A DNA stretch of 64,000 nucleotides from a virus (taxonomy: Duplodnaviria > Heunggongvirae > Uroviricota > Caudoviricetes): IMG/VR virus record IMGVR_UViG_3300027977_000006. One strand, given 5' to 3'. Below, in pieces: positions 1 to 7,628 of the stretch. Numbering within the stretch: the first letter of the stretch is position 1; the number at the start of each line of letters is the position of its first letter. A program made the position numbers and the translations under genes. The notes below the pieces were generated by a model. That model saw only the letters and a list, made by a program, of their open reading frames with translations, was not told the DNA's origin and did not search any database.

Positions 1-840
1 GAATCCGTAATCACCAATAATTGTTATATCATTTTCTTTTGGGATTGTACAAAATGTACTTACACTTCCAGTAAAAGCACTACAACTAGTATCACCAGTA
101 TTAACAGTGCAACCACTAGTACAACCAGTATCATTACCATAAAATTGATTCCAAAATTTATTTTCGGCACGAGTACCCATATAAAAGAAAAATCCTTTAT
201 TATTTGGATAAACGTCATTTAAAGTTGTACCAGTTGTTGGTGCACAAATATCTTGTGGGTTTAGCCAAAATTCAGCAGCCCACGCTTGATTAACTCTCGT
301 TGGCAATAATTGATATGTGCTTCCATCAATTTTATAATAACCTTGATAAAAACCACCACATAATTGTATATAATCACCAGTTGTAAATGTTGGGTCAATG
401 ATTCTTTCGGTTGGATAAACATATTGTTCTGTAGTTCCAGTAACCAAATGCATCATAAATCTAGTATCACCTGAAGGAATGATTAGTGTTGAACCAGTTA
501 AAGCATCTACTAAATTTTGATTTGATGGGTCCAATGGGTCTTTGTCAAAAGTAACCAATCCATTATCTATTCCAGTTAAACCTATTGTGTTAAACGTATA
601 ACCAGTATTTGTAGCACCATTCCAAGTAACCAAGCTGTATATTGTTGATGCAGTTGTTGCACTATTTGGGTAAATGGCTTCATTATTAAAATCATACCAA
701 ACAACAAGACAATCACCAGACGATACTGGACCTACTGGTTGTAAAGTGCTATCATCAGATGCTAAAAAGAAATCCCAATAATCACTATTAGAAAGTCTAA
801 GGTCTAGCTTGTTAAAATTAAAATTTTTTATGTTACCCAT
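1..840 (-). CDS. Virion structural protein, partial (runs off window start)
   Basis: Not in ORF track; ATG at 840 reads MGNIKNFNFNKLDLRLSNSDYWDFFLASDD...; T/G/N-rich; ATATTTAT motif 12 nt upstream; next to tail fibre genes. Confidence 0.75.
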   Translation of the reverse strand, partial: MGNIKNFNFNKLDLRLSNSDYWDFFLASDDSTLQPVGPVSSGDCLVVWYDFNNEAIYPNSATTASTIYSLVTWNGATNTGYTFNTIGLTGIDNGLVTFDKDPLDPSNQNLVDALTGSTLIIPSGDTRFMMHLVTGTTEQYVYPTERIIDPTFTTGDYIQLCGGFYQGYYKIDGSTYQLLPTRVNQAWAAEFWLNPQDICAPTTGTTLNDVYPNNKGFFFYMGTRAENKFWNQFYGNDTGCTSGCTVNTGDTSCSAFTGSVSTFCTIPKENDITIIGDYGF

Positions 841-861
841 TTGGTTTTAGTTATAAATATA

Positions 862-2085
862 TTAATCGAAATAACTTAGATTTAAAGAAGACCTATAATC
901 TTGGTTATTTGCACTGCCAACCACACAAAGCCAAACTTCATCTCTTGTTCCGTTTATATTAATACCTGGTCTTAATATATTGTCTTGAAATTGGAAACTA
1001 TCTACTTGAACGCCAGAGCCAGAACCTAAAAAAGCAGCAATAATATGACCGCTTGCTGTTATTGTTTGACCAGTTGATAACGCATAATCAACTGGTGTGT
1101 TTGAAATATTTGTAAATGAATATGACGAACTTAAAGTAGGATTTAATTCTATGGTTATAAAGTAATCAGCTTTTGATGGATTTGTTACGTTTAATATTTG
1201 AGTATCAGATAATGTTATATTAACCCCTCCATATCCACTATTTACCTTATAACCAACAATAGGATATTTGACGTTTTGTGTTGGTTTGCTTTGAATAGCA
1301 AAAGCACTTACAGAAGTTGATTTTTGTATACTATTAATCGTCCCCTCTAAAGAAACTTGTGAGCATATCATATTAAATGTACCACCTGTACCAGCTCCAC
1401 TTTGTCTTATTTCATATCGTATAGGTTGATTAGGTGCTTTCATATATACTGTGGTAAGATTATTTGTACCAGAATTAGTTACAAAAGTTTTTGGTACCCC
1501 ATCAATAACCAAAGCAAATCTAAGCCTACCAACCCCCAACCATTGAAAATCAGTATGCATTAGTTGAGTTTTGCTCCAATCTATTAAAGAAACATCATAA
1601 TCATCGGTTAACCAAGATGAAGTTGTAGCGCTTAAAACATTTGAACCGTTGTGCCACAATTGAAATGATATGGTATTTGTAACCCCATTAGACTCCAAAA
1701 AGTAACCATCAATAACACTATCATATGGCGCAGACGTAGATGTATTGTAATAACCAACTCTTTTGATTACATTAGATTGTAATTGAAAATTACCAAAACT
1801 ACACTCAACCAACTGACCCTTACCTGGTTGGTAAATACCTCTTGATTTACCTTGTCTTATAACATAAGAATTATTTGCAGCAACTGACATAACGACTTGT
1901 GAATTTGATGTATCAAATATTGACGTTATTGTACCACCAGTTGCTTCACTGATAACCAAAGGTAGTTTATCATGAATATGTTTATATTCCAAAAGAGATG
2001 TTACATTGCTTGTTCTAAGTCTACCAAACGCATCTAAATTTTGGCTATCTGAATATTGTATTTCGTTGTTGTATATAAATGACAT
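862..2085 (-). CDS. Virion structural/tail-associated beta-rich protein
   Basis: 407 aa; N-terminal DAFGRLRTS motif common in phage virion proteins; S/T/G-rich. Confidence 0.6.
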   Translation of the reverse strand: MSFIYNNEIQYSDSQNLDAFGRLRTSNVTSLLEYKHIHDKLPLVISEATGGTITSIFDTSNSQVVMSVAANNSYVIRQGKSRGIYQPGKGQLVECSFGNFQLQSNVIKRVGYYNTSTSAPYDSVIDGYFLESNGVTNTISFQLWHNGSNVLSATTSSWLTDDYDVSLIDWSKTQLMHTDFQWLGVGRLRFALVIDGVPKTFVTNSGTNNLTTVYMKAPNQPIRYEIRQSGAGTGGTFNMICSQVSLEGTINSIQKSTSVSAFAIQSKPTQNVKYPIVGYKVNSGYGGVNITLSDTQILNVTNPSKADYFITIELNPTLSSSYSFTNISNTPVDYALSTGQTITASGHIIAAFLGSGSGVQVDSFQFQDNILRPGININGTRDEVWLCVVGSANNQDYRSSLNLSYFD

Positions 2086-2091
2086 AATTAA

Positions 2092-2565
2092 TTATATTAT
2101 CCACCAATTGTTATTTCTTACTATCATTTGTAATGATATATAGTTTAAATTCATATCTACATAAGTTGTACCTTCTATTGTTCCAGAACTTGGTGTTAAC
2201 CTAATTCTATGTTTTTTGGCATGACCACCCTCATCTTTTACAATGATTACATAACCATTATAATTAGTTGCGTTAGGTAATGTTAAATTTACATCGGCAT
2301 TGACATCTACACCATAATAAGTAGTATACGCTGAAAAATTTAAAGTTTCTGCCGTTGTTGTTATCGTTGTTGTTATCGTTGTTAAACCTGTTAAATTTGA
2401 AACATCTGCAAATGGAACCCAATCAACAATTCCATCTTTGTTTAAGTACTCAGATTTACCAATAAAATCAAAATACAATGAACCAGCTGGTGAAATATGT
2501 ATCGGAGGACCATATCCAGTCTGTATTGGTATTGGGTTTAATTTGGTCTCACGTATTAATGACAT
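2092..2565 (-). CDS. Small virion/tail fibre accessory protein
   Basis: 157 aa; T-rich linker then LTLPNAT...IVKDEGG...GTIEG...NNWWII module typical of tail-associated proteins. Confidence 0.55.
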   Translation of the reverse strand: MSLIRETKLNPIPIQTGYGPPIHISPAGSLYFDFIGKSEYLNKDGIVDWVPFADVSNLTGLTTITTTITTTAETLNFSAYTTYYGVDVNADVNLTLPNATNYNGYVIIVKDEGGHAKKHRIRLTPSSGTIEGTTYVDMNLNYISLQMIVRNNNWWII

Positions 2566-2567
2566 AT

Positions 2568-4304
2568 TTAAAAGCTTTGTAAATTACTTCTTCTCCAACC
2601 ACTCGATGTTTTAACATATAAGTAATCTTCGTCTTTTGTTAGATTTCCTATACTACCATTGGTATCTGTTGAACCAGATGGTGTATATGTTGGTATTGTT
2701 ATAGCTTTTGGTTTAAAATCATTATTGGTTATCCAATTACCATCAGCATCTGTTAATAATTCAGCGGATAAATCTTGACCAAACGCATGTAAAACCCTAA
2801 TTCCACCTTCAACAGCTGTTTGTTGGTTACCACCATAGTTTAAATCTATGTTATTATCCTCAGCAACAATGCTTTGCGTCTCAAGGTATGTATTGCTAGA
2901 AATTGTAGAACCAGATGTAAGCTCTTTAATCGCTTCAACTAATAAAGCACAAACATCCTTATAGTAAACAACCTTTAATCCGTTTTCATAAGTGTAAACT
3001 AATTCTGGAACTATTTGTTCAACTTCTTGAGCGATAAAACCTATTTTTGTTTTATCACCACCAGAATTTTTATCTTTCCAATTAAAAGAAACACCTCTTA
3101 ATTGTTTAACTTTATCTAAAGCCGATACAATTGTTTCAATATTTTCTTTTAATGTAATATCAGATGCATTATTAACAACATTTCCGTTAGCGTCAACACC
3201 AATATCTATTGTACTAGGACCAGCACCGACAGTTTTTATGTTAAGACTTTCAACATACGTGTAGTTACTTGACGTTCCAGTGATATTATTACCTAACACT
3301 ATTGTACCATTTCCACCAGCAATACTATTTTGTCCGTGAACAAATGAAGTTGTTCCACTGGCTATTGAAGAATTACCCCCAGCATGTGAAAAATTACCAC
3401 TTGCTATCGTATTATAATTTTGAGCATGGCTAACATTACCACTTGCTGTTGTTTGACGACCTTCAGCATGTGAAGTCTCAGAGTTACTTGCTATTGTTTG
3501 ACGACCTTCAGCGTGTGAATAATTACCACTTGCTGTTGTACCAAAACCCTCAGCATGTGAATAATTACCAGAAGCCGTAGTTTGAAAACCCTCAGCAACA
3601 GATAAAATACCAGAGGCGACAGAATCGCTATTTATCATAACAATACCGTTATTTGGGGGACCAGATGTTGTTGCAGACCAATAACTGACACCAGAAAAGT
3701 TCAAACTCCAAGCGCCCTTTCCCTCAGAATCAACACATGTCCATACATAACCAACTTGAGGAGCTCTTGTAATAATCAAATCTTCAGTTCTTGTGATACC
3801 AGAAACATCAACCCATATTGTTCTTCCAGTAAAATCTATTGTATTAGCACTGTAGTATGTTAATGTATTTGTGTGAACACTACCACTATAAGCACCACCA
3901 CCCAAATCAATCATTGCTAACCCAACCAAATCAAAAGTAATTCCACTATATGTTGCATTGTATGTATAACCATCTTGTGTAGTCCCAGTTATATCACCTG
4001 TGAATATAGGCCCCACTTCTTGTGTTGTAGCACTAGTTGAAGGTGTAATAGCAGACAAATACGGTTCACCCAATGCCATGCTAGGGTCATACCACGTAAA
4101 AATAGTTGTTCCAGAATTACCAGAAAACGTACTAACCAAATTTGTATATGTTTGTGTTACACCAGTTGTTGTTAGGTCTGGACCAGTAGTTAACGCACTA
4201 TAAGGCATACCAAATTTGGTACCACCAGATAATGCTGTGAATAATTTTTCATATTGTTTGACTTGTCTGTTACTAGAAAAGTCTAATTTTGTTATAAATG
4301 ACAT
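2568..4304 (-). CDS. Tail fibre with YadA-head-like repeats and internal peptidase S74 chaperone domain
   Basis: 578 aa; 14-aa repeats TTASGNYSHAEG; SDITLKENIETIVSALDKVKQLRGVSFNWK...IGFIAQEVE S74 signature. Confidence 0.85.
   Translation of the reverse strand: MSFITKLDFSSNRQVKQYEKLFTALSGGTKFGMPYSALTTGPDLTTTGVTQTYTNLVSTFSGNSGTTIFTWYDPSMALGEPYLSAITPSTSATTQEVGPIFTGDITGTTQDGYTYNATYSGITFDLVGLAMIDLGGGAYSGSVHTNTLTYYSANTIDFTGRTIWVDVSGITRTEDLIITRAPQVGYVWTCVDSEGKGAWSLNFSGVSYWSATTSGPPNNGIVMINSDSVASGILSVAEGFQTTASGNYSHAEGFGTTASGNYSHAEGRQTIASNSETSHAEGRQTTASGNVSHAQNYNTIASGNFSHAGGNSSIASGTTSFVHGQNSIAGGNGTIVLGNNITGTSSNYTYVESLNIKTVGAGPSTIDIGVDANGNVVNNASDITLKENIETIVSALDKVKQLRGVSFNWKDKNSGGDKTKIGFIAQEVEQIVPELVYTYENGLKVVYYKDVCALLVEAIKELTSGSTISSNTYLETQSIVAEDNNIDLNYGGNQQTAVEGGIRVLHAFGQDLSAELLTDADGNWITNNDFKPKAITIPTYTPSGSTDTNGSIGNLTKDEDYLYVKTSSGWRRSNLQSF
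3290..3600 (-). repeat. About 7 tandem 14-15 aa coding repeats (T/S-x-ASG-N-x-SHAEG)
   Basis: Visible in translation and as recurring DNA units such as ttaccacttgct; boundaries approximate. Confidence 0.8.
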
Positions 4305-4322
4305 GTTTTCTTATCTTTTACT

Positions 4323-4352
4323 ATAAATATTCTCCGCTTTGAATATATTTAT
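4323..4352. promoter_or_regulatory. Back-to-back divergent ATATTTAT late-promoter motifs
   Basis: ataaatat 4323-4330 (minus gene at 4304) and atatttat 4345-4352 (plus gene at 4368). Confidence 0.65.
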
Positions 4353-4367
4353 ATTAAAAGATAAATT

Positions 4368-4856
4368 ATGGATATAATGACAAAAAAAGAATTTTCTAAT
4401 AAAGTAAACGAATTAGTCGGTGGAGATATGTTTGCTGGTGGAAATGATAGGAATCCTACAAACAATAGCGAAATTGAAACTGGGCCAGTCGTTAAAACAT
4501 ACGATGATGATTCTGACTATGAAAAAGGTCAAGCAACAACTAGTGACAAAGTATTTGGTAGATACAGACAAAATATTCCATGGTTTGCTGTTTATAGTTA
4601 TGGCGGTAGAAGAAGCCAAGGTGGTATCATAACTTTTGAAAATGAAAATAAAGGTGTTGTTGTTACCAAAAAAACTGTTGAAGAAAAAATTGAAGATTTG
4701 GTTAAAAAAAGCAAATCAGCTGAAGTAACATCAAAAGACTACAACCCAAAAGTGTATAAATTAATAGACACAATTGAAGATGTTGAATTAACTGAAAAAC
4801 AGTTGGAAGATTTGAAAAAAGCCATTCAAGCAAAACAAGCCAGTAAAAAACTTTAA
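4368..4856 (+). CDS. Hypothetical protein (late gene)
   Basis: 162 aa ORF after late motif. Confidence 0.7.
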   Translation: MDIMTKKEFSNKVNELVGGDMFAGGNDRNPTNNSEIETGPVVKTYDDDSDYEKGQATTSDKVFGRYRQNIPWFAVYSYGGRRSQGGIITFENENKGVVVTKKTVEEKIEDLVKKSKSAEVTSKDYNPKVYKLIDTIEDVELTEKQLEDLKKAIQAKQASKKL

Positions 4857-4858
4857 AT

Positions 4859-5314
4859 ATGAATTCACAAATTAGCAACGATATTCACAAAACAAAAGAT
4901 GGTGAGGAAAAATCTCACCAAGCTTTTGCTATGGAATTATCTAGACTTAGAAAAGCAAAAGAACTTTGTGAAACAACAAATGGTTGCGAAGAATACAATC
5001 GTTTAGGTGGTGAAAAAAGATTTAAAGAAATTGAAAATCTTGTAAAAACAGCAAAAGAAGCCAATTACAGAGTTAAAAAAGTTGGAATGGATGCTGGTAG
5101 AGAAAATCAATTCATAAAAGGCCATGAAAAAGACAGAGATAATGCTAACCCAACAGGTGTCGGTGGAATACCAAAAGTAACGAAAGGTAGTGTAAATCGT
5201 AAAATAATGTCTAATAAGGAGGTTTATAATGAAGGTTTATCAAAAGAAATTTCTGAAATCAGATATTTAATAGAATATATGACATATAACAATAACAAAA
5301 AACAAAATTTATAA
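4859..5314 (+). CDS. Hypothetical protein, possible head-internal protein
   Basis: 151 aa; tightly packed; ISE motif near C-terminus. Confidence 0.65.
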   Translation: MNSQISNDIHKTKDGEEKSHQAFAMELSRLRKAKELCETTNGCEEYNRLGGEKRFKEIENLVKTAKEANYRVKKVGMDAGRENQFIKGHEKDRDNANPTGVGGIPKVTKGSVNRKIMSNKEVYNEGLSKEISEIRYLIEYMTYNNNKKQNL

Positions 5315-5316
5315 CT

Positions 5317-5775
5317 ATGCCACAAATTTATAACGGTGGACAATCACCTCTTGAAGACTATGCAATTAACGGAAATCCGTTATATCCAGGTTCTGGCCGT
5401 ATTGCAATTATAAATCAAACAAGAATTGGAACTGGTAAATATACCTTCCAAGGGCCTTATAAAAACCCACAAATAACTGGTAATGTTAACGATTCATATT
5501 CAGATACCAACACAAACGCACTTGCGGACAACCTTAGCCCTTTTAATGGTAGAGGAACTGGTGATGGTGTTACTCAAGGTGTTTTTGGTGCCATAAACAA
5601 CTATGCTGGTGGTAATATTGAAGACAAATTTGGGGTACCAAGTCTTCCAGGTTCTGGACGTAACCCACAAGTTACTTTAAATGCTGCTACATGGGGTTAT
5701 GGTCCAAACCAAATCGCTGGTTCTAACTATATTGCACCAAATACATCATTAAACATAGGTCAAGTTATAATATAA
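5317..5775 (+). CDS. G/N/P-rich virion protein
   Basis: 152 aa; composition typical of structural proteins. Confidence 0.55.
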   Translation: MPQIYNGGQSPLEDYAINGNPLYPGSGRIAIINQTRIGTGKYTFQGPYKNPQITGNVNDSYSDTNTNALADNLSPFNGRGTGDGVTQGVFGAINNYAGGNIEDKFGVPSLPGSGRNPQVTLNAATWGYGPNQIAGSNYIAPNTSLNIGQVII

Positions 5776-5782
5776 TTTAGAT

Positions 5783-6229
5783 ATGAAGCTTTACAATCTA
5801 TTTGAAGAACTTATATTAGAAGAAATCAATAAAAACCATCAACTTATAACAGAAGGGGTTTCTATTGAAGATGTAAAAGCTGCCATAGATGGTAAATATA
5901 ACGTGAATATATTATATAGAGATTTTGAAGATGCGCCACCAAGTAAAAGATATATTCAAGTTTATAATTTGGCCAAAACCAAAGCTGGAAATGATGCTAT
6001 TAGGGCTTATCAAATATTTGGAGCATCTAAAAGAGGCAATAAACATGGATTCTGGAAAATTTTTAGATTGGACAGAATAGAAGGTTGGTACCCTACTAAG
6101 GTTAAATGGCTGAAACCAGTTTCAGACTTAAGCCCTTCAATACCAAAATATAACACAACTGGTGACAGAAGCATGTCACAAGTTTCATATAAGGTTAATT
6201 TGATAAAACCACCAAAAGAAACAGTTTAA
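5783..6229 (+). CDS. Stand-alone WYL-domain protein with N-terminal acidic leader
   Basis: AAIDGKYNVNILY...KRYIQVYNL...IRAYQ...WKIFRLDRI matches WYL fold pattern; leader ends LITE. Confidence 0.7.
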   Translation: MKLYNLFEELILEEINKNHQLITEGVSIEDVKAAIDGKYNVNILYRDFEDAPPSKRYIQVYNLAKTKAGNDAIRAYQIFGASKRGNKHGFWKIFRLDRIEGWYPTKVKWLKPVSDLSPSIPKYNTTGDRSMSQVSYKVNLIKPPKETV

Positions 6230-6230
6230 T

Positions 6231-6860
6231 ATGGAAACACCAACACCAGTAGACCTAAATAAATTAAAATCTATCTTAGGTAATGCTAAAAAAGTAATGA
6301 AAGCGGTTGAAGAAAAATCACCGATAAAAAAAAGTACTAGTTCAGTTAATGAATCATACTCAAATGATTACGCTACCCCATCAACACCTATATATAGTGA
6401 AGCTGATGAAAAAGAGCCAGATTATGGTATTGATTATAGCAAATTTACAACATCTGTGCAACAACAACCCAATCAACACAGAGATTATACTGAAGAAGAT
6501 GTAATTAATTCAAATCTTCCGCCTATTATAAAGGAAGCTATGTTAAAGAATCCAATTCCAAAACCTAGCATGTCTTTTTCTAAATTCAGTTTAGAAGGGT
6601 TAGAAGATTTAATCGAAAAACCTGTTAAAAAACAAGTTCCTCAATTTAAAAGCCCTAGTGTTCCTTTAAGAGAATCGGCTGGCGGTGGTGACCAACAACA
6701 AATGATAACGATTAGTTTACCAGAATTGAACAAATTGATTGAAAACAAAGTAAATGAAATGTTGGCCAAACAATTTGTTAAGATGATATCTGAACAATCA
6801 ATCAAGAAAACGATAAACACCTTGATTACAGAAGGTAAAATCCAAACAAAGAAAAAATAA
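6231..6860 (+). CDS. Hypothetical protein, possible head-internal protein
   Basis: 209 aa; LRE, ISE, ITE motifs. Confidence 0.65.
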   Translation: METPTPVDLNKLKSILGNAKKVMKAVEEKSPIKKSTSSVNESYSNDYATPSTPIYSEADEKEPDYGIDYSKFTTSVQQQPNQHRDYTEEDVINSNLPPIIKEAMLKNPIPKPSMSFSKFSLEGLEDLIEKPVKKQVPQFKSPSVPLRESAGGGDQQQMITISLPELNKLIENKVNEMLAKQFVKMISEQSIKKTINTLITEGKIQTKKK

Positions 6861-6869
6861 ATAAAAATT

Positions 6870-6893
6870 GGGGCTTTAAAGCCCCTTTTTTTT
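6870..6893 (+). terminator. Rho-independent terminator
   Basis: GGGGC-TTTAAA-GCCCC followed by T8. Confidence 0.85.
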
Positions 6894-6955
6894 ATTTACT
6901 AATTTTTTAAAATACATATATTGGTGTTTTAATAATATTGTTTTAAACAAAAAAG

Positions 6956-7042
6956 ATGAGAAAACTCAAAGTTTTAGTAGTACCTAGTGATAGAACTGGT
7001 GTATCATACTTTGACTTTTTGAATAAATCACTATATTTTTAA
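6956..7042 (+). pseudogene. Orphan 5' stub of the downstream glycosyltransferase
   Basis: MRKLKVLVVPSDRTGVSYFDFLNKSLYF*; KLKVLVVPSDRTGVS identical to peptide encoded at 7668-7712. Confidence 0.85.
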
Positions 7043-7595
7043 TAAAAAACATTCGGTAGAAACAATTAAGAGTATATCAAATTCTAAAATTGGTATTACA
7101 ACTAGTAACCATATGAGTAGACCAGAATATAAAGAGCTCTTTAGTTCAATGGCCAAAGAACGATGGGCTAATGGTAGTATGGAAAATATTAGAACAAAAC
7201 TTAGTTTATTAATGAAACAGCGTATTTCAAATGGTGAAATAAAAGGATACAATAGGTCAAAAGCAGAAGATGAGATAATAGAAAAATTAAATAAACTGAA
7301 AATTGATGTTATACCCAACTTTATTATTGATGGAAAAATATTTGATATTTATATCCCAAAATTCAATTTAATAATTGAATACAATGGTGATTATTGGCAC
7401 TGCAATCCAATAAAATATAGTGGTGAATATTATAATAAGAAAAAAAATAAATTAGCTAAAGATATCTGGAAATATGATAATGATAAACTTTACTTAGTAA
7501 AAAATAAAAATTATCTTTATGAAGTAATTTGGGAAACTGATTACAAAAAAGATAAAGATTTAATAAATAAAATAATAGAAAAATATGAACATTAA
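7023..7595 (+). mobile_element. Free-standing NUMOD3 + Vsr/DUF559-like homing endonuclease
   Basis: Frame open from 7023 (first ATG 7113); KKHSVETIKSISNSKIG NUMOD3-like motif lies upstream of the ATG; FDIYIP..LIIEYNGDYWH...YEVIWE nuclease motif. Confidence 0.75.
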
Positions 7596-7628
7596 TCTAT
7601 TTTCTATTATAAAAAAAAAATAACAAAA

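Noticed and set aside
3290-3600. CRISPR-like repeat array
   Set aside because: Repeats are degenerate, in-frame 42-45 nt coding units of the fibre with no unique spacers.
6966-7033. Pseudoknot in the stub (TCAAAGT/ACTTTGA with TAGTGAT/ATCACTA)
   Set aside because: Two 7-bp AT-rich complements are plausible by chance; no covariation evidence available.
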